This document shows positions 1 through 10,376 of a stretch of DNA of 64,000 nt, piece by piece. Both the position numbers and the translations under genes were made by a program. The notes beneath the pieces are model-generated. The model did no database searches and was not told where the DNA came from. It saw only the letters and a list, made by a program, of their open reading frames with translations. Positions within the stretch are counted from its first letter, which is position 1. Every line of letters begins with the position of its first letter. This stretch comes from Histomonas meleagridis 2922-C6/04-290x (lineage: Eukaryota > Protista > Parabasalia): contig JAANOX010000234.1 of NCBI GenBank assembly GCA_020184695.1, forward strand, positions 21,455 to 85,454. Reading direction: 5' to 3'.

Positions 1-563
1 CGCTCTGGATGCATTAAAGGCATTTCTATGATTTCTTTAAGTTTTTCGATTTGTTCTTTACAGCCACCAATATCTGCATATGTTACATCTGGTTTTTCTT
101 CAACTTGCATCGTTGTAACGATTGGATCGATCCTTGGCGGAAGTGGAAGCGTAATACTGAGAACTCGTCGATCAAGACCTACTCGAAGATTTTCTGTGAT
201 ATCTGATGGTGCAACATTTTTGGAAAGTTCAACTACATATTTTCCTGCATGAGGTAATGAAACGATGTAATGTTGTTTCTCATTTGGAACTGGTGGTAAA
301 ATTTTATCACAATTTCCGATATATAAAAACGGTTCTGAAAGCATTTTTCGATCTTTTTCAAGATCCCATTCATTCATTGGAAGAAATCCGGTATCGCTAC
401 TACTAACTCCTCTGATTGTATCAATGCTTGATCTCATTTTTTTGATTTCTTTTTCTGTTTCTGTGATCTCTTTCGCATATGGCCCCTTTGAATATGTTTC
501 CATAATTGCGAGATCTGTTTCATCTAATGGAACAAAGTCGTCATCTTTTTCTTCTTGGGTCAT
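1..563 (-). CDS. RPT1: 26S proteasome AAA-ATPase subunit Rpt1/PSMC2, 5' part (runs off the window edge; absent from the ORF track)
   Basis: Manual translation of the minus strand gives [29 protein letters not shown]...[50 protein letters not shown], the Rpt1 signature. An in-frame upstream ATG exists at 608, but 563 follows an Inr-like TCAGTTTTC/TCATAATT. Confidence 0.93.
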   Translation of the reverse strand, partial: [187 protein letters not shown]

Positions 564-1081
564 CAGACTAAAATTATGAAAACTGACACTTGGACGTTCA
601 AATCGCATTCAAATATACGAAAAAGAATTCGCCGACCAATTATAAAAAATAAGGAAAAGTAGTATTGGCACTTTTAGCACAACCAACCAAAGTTTGTCAA
701 TTCAAATGTTTTAGTGGTTGTTTATTACCCAATACCTCGTGGTTGAAGGGCGATGCGACAGCCGCACTCAAAGCATTAGGTCGATAGCTTGATTAATAAA
801 TTTTTCAAGCAAATGATCATATGCAACATTTTTTATTATCTAATTATTGTTTTTTATAATCAAAATAAATTCATACAAATTAAGTTAGCTTGGTTCAAGG
901 CCCCTCCTTTATATTTGCTATTACTCTCTGAAAATAACATTTTTTTTGTGTAATTTAATATATAATCTGAGTTGTGAAGTTATTATGTTTTTAAATCTTT
1001 AAGAGAAATGAGACTTAAAAATAAAAATATGTAATATCTATTTTAATAAATTATCCACAAATTCACCGCTTTAAACATAAA

Positions 1082-2287
1082 TTAGGACAAAAGCACCAAA
1101 GAATTCGATTTTGGCTCTTCCATATTTAACAATGTTAATTCATCTTCTTCCTTTACTTGTACGAACAAGTAATCTTTTCTTAACATGAACACCCACATTT
1201 CAATGAAATTTAACAACAACAAAGAGACGTGTATATCAGCAAATATATAAATATCCCACGAGTCAGCAAATGCCAAAAAGCAAAATACGCCCAACGAAAC
1301 CAAAACCAAAATTATTGACAATCTCGAAAATGAATAAATCAAATTAAACTTTTTCTTCAGTTGTTCATCTTCTTGAACTTGTCTTAATTCCTTTAGGTCA
1401 GTAATGAAACACATATACCTAAAGAAATTATAAAAAACCATAATAGCGCCGACATTCACAAGTCCCATTAATATTAATGATTGATAAACTTCTTCAGCAA
1501 ATTCACTTGAAAAAATTCCGTAAATGAAAAATGCACTTGAAAATATTATATTCACATACTCATATATATCTATTGATTCACGTATGGTACATAAACCTGA
1601 TAAAGCAAAAAGAATTGATGAACAATAAATTGTAAAATGCGCTTCAGAAAAATAATGATAAAAACTTTGTATTAAACGAGGAAATTCATTCCCAACTCTT
1701 TTGTTGCTCCAATTCCTTGAACAGAGAAAATAAAATATTGAGTTTGAAAGAGATGTAACTGAAAATAATGCTTGTATAAGATTTATATGACTGATAAAAT
1801 ATATCGTATTGAGGATCCAGACAAGAGATATAAAAATATAAATAATACCAAATATGAAATACATTTTTGAATATCCATAATCACGATAATCAATTAATGC
1901 TGAAGGATTCGTGAAATTTAGGCGTAAATGAAAAATTGTTTTGTTAGTATTATGACAATTTAAGAATATTGGTTGATAAACACCTTTTTTATCAATGGTT
2001 CCAATCCATGAAATCGGTTTTGAAATGTTTGAAAAGGAAAAATTTAAATTTGAAATAAAAAAATTTTCATCTTTGCATATTGTCTGTAGAGTAGGTGAAC
2101 GCAATGCCAATGAAATCGTTTCATTTTTGTTTGCTAAAAAAATTCTTAATGATAAATTTTCTCGAGCAAAAGTAAGGTTATATTTACCATTTTTTTCAAA
2201 TCCAAAAGAAGCGAATTGAATAATCTTTAGTTTTGTGTTTATATTGTATTCCTTGATATATGTAAGTCCGAATAAAAGGAAATACAA
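1082..2287 (-). CDS. GOST/lung seven-transmembrane receptor family (GPR107/TMEM87-like) protein; start codon unresolved
   Basis: Luminal N-domain (FGFEKNGKYNLTF...FLNC...LNFTNP..LIDY) followed by about 7 hydrophobic helices and an acidic tail. The ORF opens with TTG and the first in-frame ATG is about 140 codons in. Confidence 0.65.
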   Translation of the reverse strand: MYFLLFGLTYIKEYNINTKLKIIQFASFGFEKNGKYNLTFARENLSLRIFLANKNETISLALRSPTLQTICKDENFFISNLNFSFSNISKPISWIGTIDKKGVYQPIFLNCHNTNKTIFHLRLNFTNPSALIDYRDYGYSKMYFIFGIIYIFISLVWILNTIYFISHINLIQALFSVTSLSNSIFYFLCSRNWSNKRVGNEFPRLIQSFYHYFSEAHFTIYCSSILFALSGLCTIRESIDIYEYVNIIFSSAFFIYGIFSSEFAEEVYQSLILMGLVNVGAIMVFYNFFRYMCFITDLKELRQVQEDEQLKKKFNLIYSFSRLSIILVLVSLGVFCFLAFADSWDIYIFADIHVSLLLLNFIEMWVFMLRKDYLFVQVKEEDELTLLNMEEPKSNSLVLLS

Positions 2288-2336
2288 CTCAAATAATCAA
2301 TGATCATTATTTAACGTTCTCGTAACTTCGGTTCCA

Positions 2337-4025
2337 ATGGATGAAAACTATCCCCTAAAACCTCTCATTTTTGACTTTGAACCACTTTATTGTAACTCAA
2401 GATTTAGTGATTTTTCCATAGTTATTCCAAATTTACAATCATCTCAATTTAGAATCCCAGTCCACCGATTCATTTTAGACTATTTTTCAAATTATTTTCA
2501 TAATTTTTTTATATCAATGCCTGAAGAAAAAGAAGTTTGTATTTGTTTGCCTGATTGGGCTGTTGAAAATATATATCCGATTTTGAAATATATGTATACT
2601 TTGAAACCAATTGAAATCAATGAAGAAAATATTTCAGGAATTTATCGAATTTCAACTTTATGGTCAATTCCAAGTATTTTACAACAATGTACTGATTTCA
2701 TTTCTGGAAATAAATTAAGCCCATTAGCTTCATTAGAAATTCTTAGCAAATTAGGAAACCAATTCCTTGACAGCTCAAAAACATTAGATATTCTTATTGA
2801 TATCGTTTATAAAAACATTGGCTCGCTAGATTGTTCTTATTTTTCAAATCTTAATTTTAATATTTTCCATCAAATTGCCAAGCGCGCTTATGTCAATCGT
2901 CCTGATTCTGCCCAAATTGGCTCTTTATGTGATATAATTGAAAGATACATAACTGATAATTCTTCTAAAATCGGAAACTATCAATTTGAAATACTTACTA
3001 AAATGTTTTCAATGAAGACGCATCACAATGGTATTATTTCACTTTATAATATAGGTACAATCAAAGATTGGAATTGCAAATATTGTATTTCTAAAATCAT
3101 TCATTATTGGCGTCACCTTGATCAGAACAAACTTAGTATGCTTCCTGTCACATATCTTTCACCTCTTTTACATGAGAGTTGTTTAAATGCAGCGAGTGAA
3201 GATGAAATATACAATTTTATTTTACTTGTTCATAAAAACCAACCAAATGAACCAATTGATTTATTATTCAATGAAGTTCGAGCAGATCTAATGTCACAAA
3301 ACTATATTAAACAATTTCTTGAATCCGAAATAGTTCCTATTCAATGTAAACAATCACTTGACCTTCAATGTTCTTTACCAAGAAAAATACCAAAAAGTAA
3401 TGTACGATGTTTACTATTAGGAGCATGTGATAATGAAGCACTTGAAGATGTCAAATTAATGTTTATAAATTGTTCACTTCCACATGTTGTAACGGTCCGC
3501 GCCGATAAAGAGTTTAACGTTAATTTTTCTGAGTTTAATTCAATTTTTGTGTTTGGGTTTTATAAATTTTGGAATCCAGATAAGTTAAGTAAAGATTTAT
3601 ATGATTTCCTTAAAAATGGTGGTGGAGTAATGATGGGACTTGGTGCAATTAGATCAGATGATTTTGGTATAGGTGAACCAATGAAATCAATTTTACCATT
3701 TGAATTAATCGAAAAAAATCCTATCGAATGCTGCCATTTTCTTAAATTAGAAAAGAAGTTAAAAGTAACTGCTGGTAGTAAAACAGCAAGATTAATGATT
3801 AGAGCAAAAGGAGAAGCATATCAATTAGTTTGGGATGATGGCATACCATTTATTATCAAAAAGAAAGAAGTACCTAAAGAAGGTATTGTTGCTGTGTTGA
3901 ATGCATTACCATTTAGTAGTAAGATAATTGATGGCCAATGGGATAGAACAAATAAAGCTATAACTCGACATATTGTGAAAACAATTGTTATGATAGCCTC
4001 AACAATTAGAATTGATAAATGTTAA
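2337..4025 (+). CDS. BTB/POZ-BACK domain protein with a C-terminal alpha/beta domain
   Basis: FSDFSIVI...IPVHRFILDYFSNYF (BTB), ASEDEIYNFIL...LFNEVR (BACK-like); 562-aa ORF. Confidence 0.8.
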   Translation: MDENYPLKPLIFDFEPLYCNSRFSDFSIVIPNLQSSQFRIPVHRFILDYFSNYFHNFFISMPEEKEVCICLPDWAVENIYPILKYMYTLKPIEINEENISGIYRISTLWSIPSILQQCTDFISGNKLSPLASLEILSKLGNQFLDSSKTLDILIDIVYKNIGSLDCSYFSNLNFNIFHQIAKRAYVNRPDSAQIGSLCDIIERYITDNSSKIGNYQFEILTKMFSMKTHHNGIISLYNIGTIKDWNCKYCISKIIHYWRHLDQNKLSMLPVTYLSPLLHESCLNAASEDEIYNFILLVHKNQPNEPIDLLFNEVRADLMSQNYIKQFLESEIVPIQCKQSLDLQCSLPRKIPKSNVRCLLLGACDNEALEDVKLMFINCSLPHVVTVRADKEFNVNFSEFNSIFVFGFYKFWNPDKLSKDLYDFLKNGGGVMMGLGAIRSDDFGIGEPMKSILPFELIEKNPIECCHFLKLEKKLKVTAGSKTARLMIRAKGEAYQLVWDDGIPFIIKKKEVPKEGIVAVLNALPFSSKIIDGQWDRTNKAITRHIVKTIVMIASTIRIDKC

Positions 4026-4209
4026 TAATTATATAAAAATTTCTTGATATCTTTAATTTCTACATTAAAAAAAATAATTTAATGATATTTGTTAAATGTT
4101 TATTTAAATAAGTTTTTTGTGGAAAATAATTTAAACAAACATTGGTGTAAACCATAGAAATTTGTCACAAATTTGATGTTTCCGCATCAAAATTCATAAT
4201 TAATTTTCA

Positions 4210-7200
4210 TCATTTCCTTCGAACTTTAGCCATAGCAGCTAACAAATCATTCTTCGGTGGGATTGGCATTCCAGTAGCACCTTTAGGTCTAACAGGACCA
4301 CCTTCTTCTAATTCCTTCATCATATTATCAAGAACACCTCTCTTAGAGAGACTCTTCTTTTGAGCTGCTTCAGCCTGTCTCTTTTGTTTCTCTTCGAGTG
4401 CCTTTTGTTTATCAATATCATCTTTAGCCCTTGCGAAATCGTTTGCAAAATCTTTCCAAATTTGTAAGAAATCGTTTAATTTTGTAGCTTTAGGATCTTC
4501 AGCATACATTGAACAAACTTCTTCATATAACATATTAACTTCTTTAATTCCATCTTTACCTTTAGTAAATACTTGTGAAGCCTTTTCTTCAAATTCGATA
4601 AACTTAGGATGAAATAGATCACCTTTAACAACGAGTTTTTCTGCCATTGGTAAAAAGTTTTTACATTTATTAAATGTACCATTTAATCCCATTAATTGCT
4701 TATTAATTATATCGATATCGAATCTTAAACAACTCTTAAACACTTCCATTTCTTCAACGAATTTAGCAGCTTCTGGATATTTCTCATAAATTGTTGATAC
4801 TAAATAATGTAATAATGTATATCCTGGCTTATTACTTCTAATATCTTTTAATTTTGCAAGTGTTTCTAATTTAAATCCATAAGCTCCACCTCTAATTGTA
4901 CCTCCATTTAAGTAATTACCAATCTTTAATATGACTGTCATTACTTTCTTTAAGTTTTCTGACTTTAATAATATTTGTAATGCATCCATGAAAAGATTTA
5001 ATGGTGGTAATATATCTTTAACTTGTTGATCAAATGTTTGTCTAAGTAACATTAATTCAAAATGAACCGGGAAATTAACAACTGTTATTAATTGTGTAAA
5101 GAATTGTTCACAAACTCCAAGTTGATTTCGATCTCCTTCAAATCCTTGAATCAATTGAACTTCATCTGGTGTCGGCTGATTACTAATCATTCCATGAAGT
5201 TGATCTTCAGTAAATATATCATCGATTTGAATGATATGTTTGGTAATATCTTGATAAGACATTTTAAGTCTTGATAATAAGATAGCAATTGACTTAGCTT
5301 TGTTTTGATCAATTAATTCAATCGTAGGAGGCTTAACTGGTGCTGATGTAATAGATTCTGTTGAAGCTGTTGTAGATATCTTTTTAGCTGGCGCTACTGT
5401 TGCAAATAAGTCTAATATCGAATCTTCGTCAATTGATATTGTACTATCATCAATATCATTCCAGATTGTAGGCTTGATTTGGGCATCAGGAAGTTTAGCC
5501 CAGAAAATAGACTTAACCTTCTTAGGCGGCGCTGGATTCGGTTTAGGAGGCATACCGAAAGCTGGTGGAGGAGGTGCGCCTGGTGGTGGGGGAGGAGCTC
5601 CAGGAGGTGGCGGAGGTGGAGGCGGTGCACCTGGCGGCGGTGGGGGCGGTGGAGGAGGAGGAGCACCTGGAGGAGGAGGTGGTGGGGGCGGTGGAGGTGG
5701 TGGAGGAGGAGGTTCAAGTGAAGCGCCACCTGGTGGAGGTGGAGGCGGAGGAGGTGGGGGCGGTGGGGGCGGTGGGGGCGGTGGAGGAGGAGCACCATCA
5801 CCAGAATCACCGCCAGAACCTATTCTTGATTCGGCTTCAGTAAGTTTCGTCTGAAGTGTTTCCTTTTCATCCTCTAACTTGGAAATTGTTTCTTTAAGTT
5901 CTTTAACAGTTTCATTCAACTTATTAATTTGCTCATTATTATCATTACTATTATTACTATCATTCGAATCTTTAACTTCAGCTTTAATAGGAATATCTTT
6001 AGTAGCTTCAACTTGAATTGACTTTTGATTTAATTCCTTAATTTCTTCTTTAAGTTTTTCAATTTCTTCATTTAACTTATCGATTTGCCTTTCAGCTTCT
6101 TTAACTTTATTCTTTTCAGCTTCAATTTGGTTATTTGACTTTTGAGTATGATCAGAAAGTTCCTTCTTAAGTTTCTGCGTTTCATCAGTTAACTTAGCGA
6201 CAGTTTCCTTTAATTTCTTAGATTCAGCCACAGACATTGTTGAATGTGTCTTTAATTCAGCGATTTCTTTCTTCTGTCTTGTAATTGTTGATCTAAATGT
6301 TAATTCATCAGCAGTATAATTAATGATTTTTTCGTTAAGTTTTGCAATTTCTTCATTCAAATTAGCAATTTGATCATTTAACTCATCAATTTTCGCAGAT
6401 TTATCATCAGATTCTTCAGAACTATTTTCACTTTCTTCATTATCATTATCACCAGAAGATTTCTCTGATTCATTATTTGATGATTCATTATCTTCTTCAT
6501 TATCACTTGAAGATGATGATGATGATGAAGATGAACCATTTTGTTCTTCATCATCATCAGAAGACTTTTGCTTAAGGTTTTCTATGTCATCCTTTAACTT
6601 ATTAATTTGTTCTTCATAATCTTCAATTTGTTTATTCAGGATATCAATTCTTCGCTTTTGTGCTTCAATTTCTTCTTTAGATGAATCGATAGCAGACAAA
6701 TATTCTTCTTTAAGTTTCTCTGAAGTAGTTCTCATTTCATCTTCTTTAGACTTATAACTTTCTAATTCAATCTTAAGATCTTCTAATTTCTCTTCTAATT
6801 CAGCTTTAGTTTCTTTAGAATCTTTATATTTCTCTTTAACTTTATCTAATTTCTCTTGAAGTTCATCTCTTTCATCTTCAATTTCTTCTAATTCTTCAAT
6901 TCTTTCTTTAGAGATTTTATATTTCTCTCTATATTTCATTTGTAATTCTTTAGATTCCTTCAAAGCATTTTTGAATTTCGTTAATTCATTATTCAAATTC
7001 TCTACTTCCGAATTATTATTACGTTGACTTTCAAGTTCTTTCTTTAAGTTCTCAATTAAATTCTTTGATTGATCTAATTCATCACATAACGTTTGAGCCT
7101 TTTCTCTAAGTCCTTGAACTACACCTTTCTTCTTATTCATTTTAGTTTCATATTTACCAATTTCTTCTTCAAGTTTCTTATTTCTTTCAGTTAATATTAC

Positions 7201-8658
7201 CATATCTTTCTTATTTGTTTTTGTAGATTCCTTTAATTTGTTATATTTATCTGTTACTTCATCCTTAGCATTAGTAATAAATTCACAATGTTTTTGTAAT
7301 GCATTAATTTGTTCTTTTAATGTATGGATCTCTGTTGAATTTTCTTTAGATTGAGAAGAACTTTTACCACCGAAATTATTAAATAGTTTGGCAGGCATTA
7401 TAGAATCAGCTAAATAATTATGATCTAGAAATTGTGTTTCTTCATATAATTGTTGATGAAATGAATCTAATGGTATTGAATTACTTTCAGTTAAATATAA
7501 TTGATACCCTTTTTCACATGTCGCAGCTTGAAATGCTGCTTCTGATAACGAAAGGTTCATTCCCTTAGCTAAGTATTGACGATATATGATTAATAAGTTC
7601 GATAGAAACATATATACATTTGACTTCTTCTTGGGATATGTTAACGCAATATCCATCAATGAAAGGTTGATCAAGTTAATGTACTTTGATGCATGTTTAA
7701 CAAGATATTTACGAACGGATTTATCGTTGAACGGATTATACATTTTCTTTGAATGTGGAAACGTTTCATGTAATGGTTTTAATTCTTGTTCAATATATTC
7801 GAACAAATTCTTTCGAGCTTGAAATGCACGTTCAGCTTCAGTTAATTTGATTGATGATAATGTCTTTAAGATGTTGTTTTGGGTGATCATTATCAAATAG
7901 TCAACACGACTTTTGACATCTTGAAATCCGGAGATCATAGCACTGAGAAAGATAATTATTTGACGAACTGTAAGTGAGTCCGGATTGGATTTGCAGACGC
8001 TTTTGATTGCAGAATACGCATCTTTACTTGACATAAGTTTTGCATTGTGATTATGATCAGTTGAATAATAGATAAATGGAACTAACAACACAAGGATATA
8101 CCCAAAGGCTTTGGAGCTCTTGACTTGAAAAGAATTGACCAAAAAGAAAAATAGATTTTTCTCGGATAACATCTTCTTTTGACCGACGTCAACGTTAGCA
8201 ACGGCATGAAGACATTGGAGTACAACGGTGAATAGTTCCATATCATTACTCTCTTTAAATTTCGATAAAAGAGAAATAAGAAATGATAAACCGTTGTTCT
8301 CGACAAATCGTTCAAGCCATGAAACTTTGCCTGTGCTTAGGTTAACACGTAATGAGTTTAGCGCTTTGAGGGCTGTACTTTGATCTTTCTCCAGGTTCAA
8401 TGTTTTTAAATACTCGAGAAAACACTCTGGTGACGGAGAGTTGGAATCGAAGTACGCTTGGCCCTGGATGAACTGCCATTGCTTCTTTGGTGTGAATTGG
8501 GCCATTTTTGCAATTGTTTCATCTGATAATCCCATGTCGTTAATGAGAGAGTCGAATAATTCTTTGAGTTTTTCCCCTTTCGGACATTCCTGCTGTAAAT
8601 CTAATTGCCGGAAAGGAACAAATAGTTCCTTTGGGACGATTTGGGATTGTCCGCTCAT
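4210..8658 (-). CDS. Diaphanous-related formin (GBD/FH3, long coiled coil, FH1, FH2, DAD-like tail)
   Basis: SLRVNLSTGKVSWLERFVENNGL (GBD/FH3), poly-Pro FH1, KKVKSIFWAKL and ILKIGNYLNGGTIRGGAYGFKLETL (FH2), GVLDNMMKEL (DAD-like). Confidence 0.95.
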   Translation of the reverse strand: MSGQSQIVPKELFVPFRQLDLQQECPKGEKLKELFDSLINDMGLSDETIAKMAQFTPKKQWQFIQGQAYFDSNSPSPECFLEYLKTLNLEKDQSTALKALNSLRVNLSTGKVSWLERFVENNGLSFLISLLSKFKESNDMELFTVVLQCLHAVANVDVGQKKMLSEKNLFFFLVNSFQVKSSKAFGYILVLLVPFIYYSTDHNHNAKLMSSKDAYSAIKSVCKSNPDSLTVRQIIIFLSAMISGFQDVKSRVDYLIMITQNNILKTLSSIKLTEAERAFQARKNLFEYIEQELKPLHETFPHSKKMYNPFNDKSVRKYLVKHASKYINLINLSLMDIALTYPKKKSNVYMFLSNLLIIYRQYLAKGMNLSLSEAAFQAATCEKGYQLYLTESNSIPLDSFHQQLYEETQFLDHNYLADSIMPAKLFNNFGGKSSSQSKENSTEIHTLKEQINALQKHCEFITNAKDEVTDKYNKLKESTKTNKKDMVILTERNKKLEEEIGKYETKMNKKKGVVQGLREKAQTLCDELDQSKNLIENLKKELESQRNNNSEVENLNNELTKFKNALKESKELQMKYREKYKISKERIEELEEIEDERDELQEKLDKVKEKYKDSKETKAELEEKLEDLKIELESYKSKEDEMRTTSEKLKEEYLSAIDSSKEEIEAQKRRIDILNKQIEDYEEQINKLKDDIENLKQKSSDDDEEQNGSSSSSSSSSSDNEEDNESSNNESEKSSGDNDNEESENSSEESDDKSAKIDELNDQIANLNEEIAKLNEKIINYTADELTFRSTITRQKKEIAELKTHSTMSVAESKKLKETVAKLTDETQKLKKELSDHTQKSNNQIEAEKNKVKEAERQIDKLNEEIEKLKEEIKELNQKSIQVEATKDIPIKAEVKDSNDSNNSNDNNEQINKLNETVKELKETISKLEDEKETLQTKLTEAESRIGSGGDSGDGAPPPPPPPPPPPPPPPPPPPPGGASLEPPPPPPPPPPPPPPPGAPPPPPPPPPPGAPPPPPPPPGAPPPPPGAPPPPAFGMPPKPNPAPPKKVKSIFWAKLPDAQIKPTIWNDIDDSTISIDEDSILDLFATVAPAKKISTTASTESITSAPVKPPTIELIDQNKAKSIAILLSRLKMSYQDITKHIIQIDDIFTEDQLHGMISNQPTPDEVQLIQGFEGDRNQLGVCEQFFTQLITVVNFPVHFELMLLRQTFDQQVKDILPPLNLFMDALQILLKSENLKKVMTVILKIGNYLNGGTIRGGAYGFKLETLAKLKDIRSNKPGYTLLHYLVSTIYEKYPEAAKFVEEMEVFKSCLRFDIDIINKQLMGLNGTFNKCKNFLPMAEKLVVKGDLFHPKFIEFEEKASQVFTKGKDGIKEVNMLYEEVCSMYAEDPKATKLNDFLQIWKDFANDFARAKDDIDKQKALEEKQKRQAEAAQKKSLSKRGVLDNMMKELEEGGPVRPKGATGMPIPPKNDLLAAMAKVRRK
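5530..5800 (-). repeat. GC-rich poly-proline (FH1) coding tract
   Basis: Runs of ggt/gga/ggc/ggg on the plus strand; source of several shadow ORFs. Confidence 0.9.
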
Positions 8659-9959
8659 GGTTTGATGTTTCTGAAAAAGTTTTTCAATGTTTTATTTGTT
8701 TCTGTTTGGAAAAAGGTATTCAAATTGAACTGCATATCATCTCCCTCACAAAGTGACTGTAGGTTTGTGGTTGAATATGGGAAATTATTTTGCTAATAAT
8801 TAGCGAGCATAGCTATTGTAAGTTGAGTGTGTGTTTTAAAACGAAAAGAATAATAAAAAAATGAGATTCAAAATCAAAAAATGAGATTTAGTTTAACAAA
8901 AAAGAAGACATTTTGATCATTGAAATGCGTTGTCTTTTTAACACGAAGTTTTTATGATTTAGTGAAATTTAACATCGAAATAATTTATGAGATCATTTCG
9001 AATAAAAAGTCAAATAACCAATTGACTACCACCTTTTAGCTTTGTGGCTGAGCAGAAATGAGTGTTTTTGCTTGTTTGAAGTTTTTTATATCATTTTACG
9101 GAATTGGATTGGTAACCGAAATTTGAATCGCCTTTAGGACAAATTCGATTTTATTCGAAGTTTGCGATTAAATTTTTTTTTATGATCAAACATTGAGTAA
9201 TTTGTGAAACGACGAAGAAATTGTTTGAGGCAGTTACTGGCAAATTTTGAGAATGAGCACATTGAACTAACAGGTATGATTTCAATATAGTAACCGTTTT
9301 CTCCGATGTCAAAAACCTCCGAAATTCTCATAAAAGTTGCCTGTCAAAATGTTGCACATCGAAATTTTTTTGATGAAGTTGTATATTTACGACAACGAAA
9401 ACCTCTGTCAATTTTATCACAGCTTTTTAATAGGGAGGTTGGAATTTATAAATTAAAATATCTAATTATAAAACATAAATATAATAGTATAATTTTGAAA
9501 TTATTATATACTTAATATATTATTCATCATATCAAACTAAATAGTGTGTTATGCATTCATATTTTTTTCGAAATTTGTGTTAAAAAAACCCCTTTACGGA
9601 TTTCACATTATTTTTTGTCAAAGCCAGATTTATTTGAATGGTTCATATACTGGTATTTCTCAGAAAATTGAATGGACTCAGAATTCTGGGCTGTCAAGTA
9701 TATTAAAAAGATTTTTCCCGAGAGAATTAATGCTTTCGGAAGAATTCAACAAATAAATTTTCTTTAATATAACCATTATATATGATATTAAAAGCATTTA
9801 TGTTTTATTTATGATCATTATAAGATATTGATGTTTTTCAAAAAAGATTTTCCTAATAGTTACTTTTCAAAATATTCAATGAGATATTTCGGTTTTAATA
9901 TTGAAAAATTGATCCATTCAATTTAAACCGATTTGTGTGGTATTTAAAAAACAGTTTTC

Positions 9960-10376
9960 ATGGAAGCACGCGCATTTCCTCAACCCATCTATGCTCAACC
10001 AGTCTCCGGCGGAATGTGGGTTCCACCAGGTTTTGTTGTTGGTTCATACCCTCAGCAAGCAAATGGATTCCGCATTCAAAAAAAGCCAAAACATTTTCGA
10101 GTTGCCCGATTATGCATTGGGCCACAAGGCACACAACAACCGACTGAAGTTGCATATCCACAACGATTTACTTCAAAATCTGTTGAGCCACAGCAAATTT
10201 TACCTCAAAAAATAATATCAAATGTTTCTAGATCGCCTCCTCCACCTCCCCTTTTACACTGTACAGCAGTGCCTGAAAAGAAGGAGAATGCTCCACAAGT
10301 ATTTGACATTGTTCGAAGAGGGAATTTCCCTGGCATTGTGTACGATGTTAAAACCTCAAGCGTATCACTACTCTAA
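9960..10376 (+). CDS. Hypothetical Pro/Gln-rich protein (138 aa)
   Basis: ATG directly after CAGTTTTC; GC-enriched coding-like tract inside AT-rich intergenic DNA; no recognised domain. Confidence 0.6.
   Translation: MEARAFPQPIYAQPVSGGMWVPPGFVVGSYPQQANGFRIQKKPKHFRVARLCIGPQGTQQPTEVAYPQRFTSKSVEPQQILPQKIISNVSRSPPPPPLLHCTAVPEKKENAPQVFDIVRRGNFPGIVYDVKTSSVSLL

Noticed and set aside
5412-5854. Four overlapping Gly-, Arg/Trp-, His- and Glu-rich ORFs
   Set aside because: Alternate-frame shadows of the formin poly-proline tract.
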